From Bacillota bacterium (lineage in GTDB: Bacteria; Bacillota; Clostridia; Acetivibrionales; DTU013): a stretch of DNA of 64,000 bases. The stretch covers positions 59,114 through 123,113 of the forward strand of contig JAEYRV010000027.1 in assembly GCA_023435305.1 (NCBI GenBank). The letters are read 5' to 3'. Below, piece by piece: positions 57,566-64,000 of this stretch; within the stretch, counting starts at the first letter, position 1, and each line of letters begins with the position of its first letter. Under the pieces are notes generated by a model. That model saw only the letters and a list, made by a program, of their open reading frames with translations. It did no database searches and had not been told where the DNA came from. The position numbers were made by a program, and so were the translations under genes.

Positions 57566-58483
57566 ATGAAACATCTTATAGACCTGAACGACGTATCGTA
57601 TGAGGAGATCGAAAGCCTTTTTTCACTGGCTGAAAAATTGAAAAAAGAGCTTCGTACGGGAGTCCGGCATCATCTGCTGGAGGGTAAGACCCTTGGAATG
57701 ATCTTCTCGAAATCCTCCACAAGAACCAGAGTTTCGTTTGAGGTAGGAATGTACCAGCTTGGAGGCTTCCCCATATTCCTCAGCTCCAACGACATACAGC
57801 TCGGCCGCGGCGAGACAATATATGATACGGCGAGGGTCCTCTCCCATTATATAAACGGCATCATGATCAGGACCTTCAAGCACAGTGATGTGCAGGACCT
57901 GGCAAAGTACGGTACGATACCGGTAATAAACGGGCTTACTGACCTGATGCATCCATGCCAGATACTGGCCGACCTCTTTACTGTGTACGAGGAGAAAGGC
58001 AAACTCAAGGGGCTGAAGCTGGCCTATATCGGAGACGGCAACAATGTTGCCAATTCACTGCTGCACGGCTGTGCCAAGACAGGCATGGATATTGCTGTGG
58101 CCGCCCCCGCCGGCTATATGTGCGACGGCACGATCATCGAGCAGGCCAGAAGCGCCGCTGCCAAATCCGGCAGCAGCGTAGTGATCACGGAGGATCCCGA
58201 GGAAGCCATCAAGGACGCAGATGTTGTCTATACGGATACATGGATAAGCATGGGTCAGGAAGATGAGAAGGAAATGAGAATAAAAATATTCATGCCGTAT
58301 CAGGTCAACGAAAAACTGTTCTCACTGGCAAAAAAGGATGCCATGTTCCTCCACTGTCTGCCTGCATACAGGGGCCTGGAAGTAACTGAAGAAATTATAG
58401 ACGGCCCCAACTCATGTGTATTTGACGAAGCAGAGAACAGGCTGCATATTCAGAAGGCCATTATGGCAACATTAATGGGGTGA
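57566..58483 (+). CDS. argF: ornithine carbamoyltransferase
   Basis: The motifs are STRTR, HPCQ, DGNNV and HCLP. Confidence 0.95.
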   Translation: MKHLIDLNDVSYEEIESLFSLAEKLKKELRTGVRHHLLEGKTLGMIFSKSSTRTRVSFEVGMYQLGGFPIFLSSNDIQLGRGETIYDTARVLSHYINGIMIRTFKHSDVQDLAKYGTIPVINGLTDLMHPCQILADLFTVYEEKGKLKGLKLAYIGDGNNVANSLLHGCAKTGMDIAVAAPAGYMCDGTIIEQARSAAAKSGSSVVITEDPEEAIKDADVVYTDTWISMGQEDEKEMRIKIFMPYQVNEKLFSLAKKDAMFLHCLPAYRGLEVTEEIIDGPNSCVFDEAENRLHIQKAIMATLMG

Positions 58484-58493
58484 GTACAGAATC

Positions 58494-58973
58494 ATGGTGG
58501 ATTATTCTTTTATAATACGAAAGGCAGTTGAAGAGGATGCTCCTGCAATTTACGAAATAATGCAGGAGTCCTTCAGCAAATATATGGCTGACACAGGCCT
58601 GACATCTACAATGGAAGCCTTACAGGAGAGCTGTGAGGACATTGTAAGGGATATACGGACCAAGGAAGTCTATATTGCAGTCATGGACAATATTGCAGTA
58701 GGAAGTGCAAGGGTTTCCATACTGCCAGACAACACGGCATATCTTAGCAGGTTCGGCGTACGCCTCAGCTATCATAACATAGGGATCGGAAAATCATTAA
58801 TGAATCTGATCGACAAGACGCTGATCAAAAGGGGCATAAAAAGCGTAAGCCTTCATACCGCATCCAGGTATAGGGATCTTGTCAGATTCTACTATGGCAG
58901 GGGTTTTTACATAGACTCCATAACAAAAGACAAAGGCTATGTCAGAGCCCTTATGATAAAGGAATACTGTTGA
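58494..58973 (+). CDS. GNAT family N-acetyltransferase (last gene of the arg operon)
   Basis: The acetyl-CoA motif reads YHNIGIGKSLMN. It starts 10 nt after the argF stop, with a GGGTGAG RBS. Confidence 0.8.
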   Translation: MVDYSFIIRKAVEEDAPAIYEIMQESFSKYMADTGLTSTMEALQESCEDIVRDIRTKEVYIAVMDNIAVGSARVSILPDNTAYLSRFGVRLSYHNIGIGKSLMNLIDKTLIKRGIKSVSLHTASRYRDLVRFYYGRGFYIDSITKDKGYVRALMIKEYC

Positions 58974-58977
58974 AGCT

Positions 58978-59017
58978 ATGCACGCCCTGGGCTAAGCCGG
59001 GTGACGGGCATGCATTT
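58978..59017. terminator. hairpin between convergent GNAT and HTH genes
   Basis: ATGCACGCCC, an 18-nt loop, then GGGCATGCAT (one mismatch) followed by TTTC. The U-tract is weak. Confidence 0.35.
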
Positions 59018-59025
59018 CATTGCTG

Positions 59026-59235
59026 TCAGATACTGATATACTCCTCGAAGTCCAATCCGTTGATTTTGCAGTACTTGATAACGGACATCAGAATCTTCTT
59101 TCCGCCGCCGACGCCTGTATTGAGAAATCTGTACAGGTGTGACGGATCGACTCCGAGTTCTCTTGCAAACCGGTTGTAATTCCCCGCGCAGTTGGTCTTC
59201 ATAAGATCATGAACCTTCTGCCTGTTAACTTCCAT
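59026..59235 (-). CDS. small helix-turn-helix protein
   Basis: The 69-aa protein contains NYNRFARELGVDPSHLYRFL (an HTH). ATG 59235 has GGAGGAAAG upstream, and the track start at 59289 is an extension. Confidence 0.6.
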   Translation of the reverse strand: MEVNRQKVHDLMKTNCAGNYNRFARELGVDPSHLYRFLNTGVGGGKKILMSVIKYCKINGLDFEEYISI

Positions 59236-59413
59236 TTTGCTTTCCTCCAATAATTTTCCAGAATGAACCATAAAATAAATTCTAGGCAAATACTTACATT
59301 TTTATTTAATATTAGTACAAGCCTAGAATATTGTCAATACATTTCCGACCATTTTTTTACTGTACTTTTGCCGCCCTGATTCAGTCCGTCGAATCAATTG
59401 GATATCATCCCGG

Positions 59414-59959
59414 TCATATTTTATATTTTCTGATGACGTTCTTAAGGATCATATGCAGAAAATACGCGGGTATGGAAACGATGATCCCTTTGACAATGTT
59501 GAACGGAATAGTTATCGCAAGGATCGTATCCAGCAGTACCTTGTTATCCGCACCCTTCATATACAGCGGAAGAGTGATAAAATAATTAACAAGGTTCGCT
59601 GTGACTGTCATCCCTATGGTACCTAAAATCAGTCCGATCCACATTCTTTTTCCATTTTTTCTGGTCACAAGCACGATTGGCAGCACCAATCCTATACCGG
59701 CGGCAAAGTTTGCTATCTCACCGATCCCGCCTTCCTTGCTCATGGTGAAGAAATGCAGCAGGTTCTTCAATAATTCCGTTGCAACTGCTGCCAGCGGTCC
59801 TGCGATGATACCGCTGAAAATAGCAGGAAGATCGCTGAAATCGATTTTCAGGTATGAAGGAAAGTATATAAAAAGCGGAAACTCAAGCGCCATTAATACC
59901 CATGAAAGAGCGGAAAGCACACCAACCAGCACAATTACCCTTGTTCTTTTTGAAGCCAT
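59414..59959 (-). CDS. ribU: ECF-transporter S component, riboflavin-type (RibU-like)
   Basis: It has about six TM helices and sits directly downstream of an FMN riboswitch. ATG 59959 lies 6 nt after GGAGGG. The track start TTG 59965 abuts the RBS. Confidence 0.75.
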   Translation of the reverse strand: MASKRTRVIVLVGVLSALSWVLMALEFPLFIYFPSYLKIDFSDLPAIFSGIIAGPLAAVATELLKNLLHFFTMSKEGGIGEIANFAAGIGLVLPIVLVTRKNGKRMWIGLILGTIGMTVTANLVNYFITLPLYMKGADNKVLLDTILAITIPFNIVKGIIVSIPAYFLHMILKNVIRKYKI

Positions 59960-60000
59960 AATCAACCCTCCAATTTGCTTTATTTCCCCGAAAGGAATAA

Positions 60001-60180
60001 AATAAAAAATCCCCGGAATAGGATCCCAGGGACATCAATGGTCAAAAAGCGCGCATCTTCTTCCATCCAGACTGTACTGTCGGCTCCGGGATCACACCGG
60101 GATCTGCTTTCGCTCGCGGGCTAACGGCCATTGGCCGCATTACCGCCGGTAGGGAATCTCACCCTGCCCTGAAGATCATA
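60001..60180 (-). promoter_or_regulatory. FMN (RFN) riboswitch with terminator expression platform
   Basis: The minus strand reads ATCTTCAGGGCAGGGTGAGATTCCCTACCGGCGGTAA...AGCCCGCGAGCG...GATCCCGGTGTGATCCCGGAGCCGACAGTACAGTCTGGATGGAAGAAGAT, which gives the aptamer at ~60055-60180. A hairpin TCCCTGG...CCGGGGA with T6 follows at ~60004-60033. Confidence 0.9.
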
Positions 60181-60243
60181 TTCAATTTCCCTAATACTAA
60201 CACCTTTGTGTTGTCCATGTCAATAGTGAAATAGCCACAGCCC

Positions 60244-61143
60244 TCAGTCGTAGGTTTTGAACCCCTCCCCCAGTACCTCGGTCACGTCACTGAGTATGAT
60301 AAATGCCGACGGATCAGCCTTTTTTACTATGTTTTTAAGTTCCTGCAGCTGCCCTCTGTGTATTACGCAGTAAAGGACGTTCTTCTCACTTTTTGTGTAC
60401 ATTCCTATCCCCTTGAGGGCAGTAACGCCTCTGTCCAGCTCCTTCATTATTTCTTCTGCGATGGACTCCGAATGGTCTGAAACGATGTAGACAGCTTTGG
60501 CAAAATTTACTCCCTCAAGAATGATATCAACGATTTTTGTAGAAATATACAGTGCCAGTATGGAATAGAGCGCCAGCAGAAAGCTTCTGAATGCGATGGC
60601 CGCAAATATTATAACTGCTGAATCGATTATCAAAAGCGCCTTCCCCATGGAGAGCCAGGGCATGAAATGATGCATTATCCTCGCTCCCAGGTCAGTGCCT
60701 CCTGTTGTCGCTCCCGATTTGAATACCAGGCCAAGGCCAAGGCCCATGAAAAAGCCTCCGAAAATCGAGTACAGCAGGAAGTCCGGCCCTGCCGTCAGAT
60801 TCTCCAGTGCAAGCTGCTGACTGAACCATTCTGCAAAGGGCTCTGACAGGTCAATGGCAACAGAAAGCAATATCGTGCTGAAAAGCGTCCTGACGATGAA
60901 CCTCCGCCCTATGTATTTCGTACCAAAAATAAAAAGAGGTATGTTCAATATAAGCATGATCATTCCTACGGGAAGATACTCACTTATCAGATAATAAATG
61001 ACCGTGGCGATTCCCGTCACACCGCCCGGTGCTATTTTGTAAGGCACGAGAAAAATGTTGATAGCTGCTGCAGTGATTGCAGATCCAAGTATGATCCACA
61101 AATAATCCTCGATCTTCTTTTTGATATTTCCCGCTGACTTCAT
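60244..61143 (-). CDS. YitT-family membrane protein with C-terminal DUF2179 domain
   Basis: It has five or six TM helices and a soluble tail (GVTALKGIGMYT...AFIILSDVTEVLGEGF). Confidence 0.8.
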   Translation of the reverse strand: MKSAGNIKKKIEDYLWIILGSAITAAAINIFLVPYKIAPGGVTGIATVIYYLISEYLPVGMIMLILNIPLFIFGTKYIGRRFIVRTLFSTILLSVAIDLSEPFAEWFSQQLALENLTAGPDFLLYSIFGGFFMGLGLGLVFKSGATTGGTDLGARIMHHFMPWLSMGKALLIIDSAVIIFAAIAFRSFLLALYSILALYISTKIVDIILEGVNFAKAVYIVSDHSESIAEEIMKELDRGVTALKGIGMYTKSEKNVLYCVIHRGQLQELKNIVKKADPSAFIILSDVTEVLGEGFKTYD

Positions 61144-61353
61144 AAAATTACCGTCCCCTGACCACCTGTTTTTCAGGTATTCATAATATTTATCATTTTA
61201 CCCGGTTTCATAGAGATAAAACCTCTGCATATATATTCTACATCATTTTTTGCAGATTCCAACCCCCGCTTCTTCATCATCTTTGACAAAGCACACAGGT
61301 TATAATATCATCAATATTGTCAGTATTATCAACAAGTAAGGGGACACCGGACG

Positions 61354-62088
61354 ATGAGAAAAACCAAGGATATATTAGGTATACAAGTTGATGCCGTCAC
61401 TATGAAGGAAGCAGTGGACAGGGTAGGTTCATTTGTCAGTGAAGGCGGAGCACATACGATATATACTCCAAATGCCGAGATAATGATGGCGGCCCAAAGG
61501 GATCCCGAGTTGAAGGAGATCCTGAAAAAGGCAGACATGCTTGTGGCCGACGGGGCCGGCGTGGTACTGGCATCAAAGCTTCTGGGCAGACCGGTCCCCG
61601 AAAAGGTTTCGGGCGTCGACCTGGTCCGCGAGGTATTCAAGGCCTATGCCGCAAATGGACTGAGCTGCTACCTGTTCGGAGCAAAACCGGGAGTGGCGCA
61701 GGAGGCAGCGGACAGAATAAAAGCAGAGTATCCCGGACTAAGAATCGCAGGCTTCCGGGACGGATATTTCAATGAACAGGATGAAGCCGGGATAATAAAC
61801 GATATCAGCCAATCATCCCCAGATATACTTCTGGTTGCCCTTGGCGCTCCAAAGCAGGAAAAGTGGATATCCAGCCACCTTGACAAGCTGAACTCCCGAG
61901 TCTGTATAGGGGTTGGAGGAACTATAGATATACTGTCAGGCAGGGTACAGCTCTGCCCCGACTTCTTCAGAAGAAATGGCCTGGAATGGCTTTACAGGCT
62001 GTATAAGGAGCCTCGCAGAGCACGGCGGATGATGGACATTCCGAGATTTATCCTACGGGTCCTGTACGCCAGGGTCTCCGGCAGATGA
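61354..62088 (+). CDS. tagA: WecG/TagA/CpsF-family glycosyltransferase (ManNAc transferase-like)
   Basis: ILGIQVDAVTMKEAV..., TPNAEI, VADGAGVV and GAPKQEKW are family blocks. The symbol is tentative. Confidence 0.8.
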   Translation: MRKTKDILGIQVDAVTMKEAVDRVGSFVSEGGAHTIYTPNAEIMMAAQRDPELKEILKKADMLVADGAGVVLASKLLGRPVPEKVSGVDLVREVFKAYAANGLSCYLFGAKPGVAQEAADRIKAEYPGLRIAGFRDGYFNEQDEAGIINDISQSSPDILLVALGAPKQEKWISSHLDKLNSRVCIGVGGTIDILSGRVQLCPDFFRRNGLEWLYRLYKEPRRARRMMDIPRFILRVLYARVSGR

Positions 62089-63945
62089 ATACCAGGGTAC
62101 AGTCTCTGAGACATCCTTTCCGGTAAAGCTGCGGATGCTGTATGCCCCTATATAATAGACCATATCCATAGTGATGATTTCCGCATTTGTTTTCAGCTTG
62201 CCCAGCCTGTCGGAGAAAATTCCGTTGATACGCTGTTGTTCATAAAGCTTTTTATAGATATCATCCGGTTCTCCTTCAATACCATAGAGAGCACCAAGCA
62301 TCCTTATCATACTGTCGAAAGTAAGACTATCGTCGCTAATAAATGGTTTCAGCCTCTCATGCAGCTGCTCGGTATAGCTGTCCCGATCCAGTCGATAAAT
62401 GCCGTTTATCAGTATATATGCCAGGTCCTTCTGCGAGGCATGCATGTCGGCCTTCATATCATTATCGGCCCCTCCAGCGAGGAGTCCCAGAGATACCAGC
62501 TGCTGAAATGATTCATATGCCCAATTGTTCTTATACTTGAATGAAGATGTCTTATCAGGCAGGTACATATCCTTTGCAGCAAGGGTCGCACCAAACTCCT
62601 TAAAATACTCATATCCCTCCACCAGGAACATGGGGCTTTCATTTCTGGCTGCACACATCACAGCAGCGGCGCCTGCTGCCTCACCCGTTGCAATGCTTGT
62701 TCCGATCGTGCCGGCGCTGCTTGAAGCAAGAGATGAATATGAAACCCTGGGTCCTGCCATAAAGAGGTTCTGTACTCCGTCGGGGACAAGACATCTCAGC
62801 GGTATGGAATATCTGTCAGCCTTACCCGCTATATATGAACCTTTTACGGCCAGCTTGCTTATCATTACGGGATATGCTCCCATTGCCGCTGTATCTGCAA
62901 AGTACCTTCCATCCAGGATATCCTTCACCGTCAGCATATATCTGCCCTTATAGTGCTTGGATTCCATAACACGCAGTCTTTGGGCAGCCTCTGAAAATTG
63001 GTAGTCCTTTAACTCAACAAAGGTTTGCACCAGATACTCACTGAGATTTTTCGCTTCTTCAGCCGCAAGCTCATAGGCTTCCTTCATTTTTCCGCTGTCT
63101 GTCGTGTCGACTCCGGATACCTGAAGGCCGCTGACAATGGCTTTGTTATCCGGCAGGAAATATATGACCGGGCTTTCGAGACTGACCTTCCTGTTCTTTG
63201 GCACATATCTCAAAAATTCACTGCCCAATACCACCCTGCCTTCCTTGCCTGCGGATGAAGCCGGTCCGGTCTTCACCATTTCAAAATTCAGGCTTACAGG
63301 TATATAGCTGTTCTCCAGATTGAGATCCTCGGAACCCTTAAAATATGGCACTCCGCAAAAGTCGAGCAGCGCGCCGCTGTCGGATGCGTCAATATACATC
63401 CTCGCTGAGATATCCACCAGTCCGTCCCTTGAACGGACAGCAACAGAATCGATACGGTTGCCCGTCATACTGACTCCGGAAACAGACGATCCGGCGATGA
63501 TCCTCAAATTTTCTTCTGCCTGCAGCAGCTCATTTACCGCTGCTATATACTGATCCGGGCTGAAATACCCGCCCGTCATGCCCGACAGCTCTTTCATCAT
63601 ACCGCCGTTCAGCTTCTTATTGTCTTTATCAAGTGGAATTTCGAGTTCAGGTATAAGACACTGGGATATGCTCCCCCCCATATCATAATCTTCACTGATG
63701 AGCAAAGTGTTTGCCCCAAGCCTGGCCGAGGAAACAGCGGCTGCAATGCCCTGGGGCTCGGATCCGTAAACGATGATATCATAATCATAGCTGTCATCTT
63801 TGGGTAATAGCTCGGACCAGTATTGCCTGTCAGCCTTAATGACATTCTTGTCTTTTACAAAAAGCGGCCTCAGCCCGAACTGATATGTCAGAAAAACCAG
63901 GGATGCGATCGCAATGACCCTGAATAGCTTATCCTTGTTTATCAT
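62053..63945 (-). CDS. membrane-anchored FAD-dependent oxidoreductase-like protein with SLH-like C-terminal segment
   Basis: An N-terminal anchor is followed by the dinucleotide fold YDIIVYGSEPQGIAAAVSSARLG. Near the C-terminus, NNWAYESFQQLVSLGLLAGG resembles an SLH motif, which is a tentative reading. It overlaps tagA convergently by 36 nt. Confidence 0.7.
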   Translation of the reverse strand: MINKDKLFRVIAIASLVFLTYQFGLRPLFVKDKNVIKADRQYWSELLPKDDSYDYDIIVYGSEPQGIAAAVSSARLGANTLLISEDYDMGGSISQCLIPELEIPLDKDNKKLNGGMMKELSGMTGGYFSPDQYIAAVNELLQAEENLRIIAGSSVSGVSMTGNRIDSVAVRSRDGLVDISARMYIDASDSGALLDFCGVPYFKGSEDLNLENSYIPVSLNFEMVKTGPASSAGKEGRVVLGSEFLRYVPKNRKVSLESPVIYFLPDNKAIVSGLQVSGVDTTDSGKMKEAYELAAEEAKNLSEYLVQTFVELKDYQFSEAAQRLRVMESKHYKGRYMLTVKDILDGRYFADTAAMGAYPVMISKLAVKGSYIAGKADRYSIPLRCLVPDGVQNLFMAGPRVSYSSLASSSAGTIGTSIATGEAAGAAAVMCAARNESPMFLVEGYEYFKEFGATLAAKDMYLPDKTSSFKYKNNWAYESFQQLVSLGLLAGGADNDMKADMHASQKDLAYILINGIYRLDRDSYTEQLHERLKPFISDDSLTFDSMIRMLGALYGIEGEPDDIYKKLYEQQRINGIFSDRLGKLKTNAEIITMDMVYYIGAYSIRSFTGKDVSETVPWYSSAGDPGVQDP

Positions 63946-64000
63946 ACTAAAGATACCTCAAACAATACCGGCGAATATGTTTACCGGCTTGCAGCGGCCC

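Overview
This 64-kb chromosomal window appears to come from a spore-forming, S-layer-bearing member of the Clostridia. That is inferred from gene content: ctsR-mcsA-mcsB, a cwlD-like amidase, an alpha/beta SASP, SLH domains and GGAGG-type RBSs. I call about 52 protein-coding genes, 5 tRNAs with encoded CCA, one FMN riboswitch, and a set of sigma-A-like promoters, operators and intrinsic terminators read directly from the sequence. I saw no transposase, integrase, CRISPR array or phage genes.

Gene order from start to end:
- mcsB (cut by the window edge), mcsA and ctsR, with a canonical CtsR box.
- A DUF4349 lipoprotein and a stand-alone EF-G paralog.
- aroF-tyrA-aroA, then rex, an ABC-F ATPase and a cwlD-like amidase.
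- A tightly coupled REC-GGDDF / membrane protein / HEAT-repeat operon.
- A three-gene NarL-type two-component module whose first gene is a His-less, ATPase-less kinase stub.
- A 2252-aa SLH-anchored multi-enzyme.
- A DtxR-family repressor with feoAB.
- An exported lipoprotein built from EF-Tu domains II-III plus an L7/L12 C-terminal domain.
- A Cof hydrolase, a 1737-aa Ser/Thr-kinase/STAND/GAF/GGDEF protein and a ferritin-like protein.
- tRNA-Cys, a DUF3795 protein and a Val-Asp-Phe-Gly tRNA operon.
- hslO, csp, a methyltransferase and a SASP missing from the ORF track.
- ctpA / M23 peptidase / ftsX / ftsE, a PucR-type regulator and msmX.
- An arginine cluster (argC, argB, a PilZ gene, argD, carA, carB, argF, GNAT).
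- A small HTH protein, FMN riboswitch with ribU, a yitT-like gene, tagA and an FAD oxidoreductase.

The most unusual item is the EF-Tu(II-III)/L12-CTD lipoprotein at 30046-31134, for which I know no described function. The other leads worth following:
- The PilZ gene locked between two terminators inside the arg cluster.
- The His-less kinase stub, together with GTGCAAnnnTCA repeats in front of the giant SLH gene.
- The kinase-STAND-GAF-GGDEF giant.
- The REC-GGDDF/membrane/HEAT operon.
- The arg-operon GNAT as a candidate N-acetylglutamate synthase.

All functional calls rest on motif recognition by eye. No database search was run.
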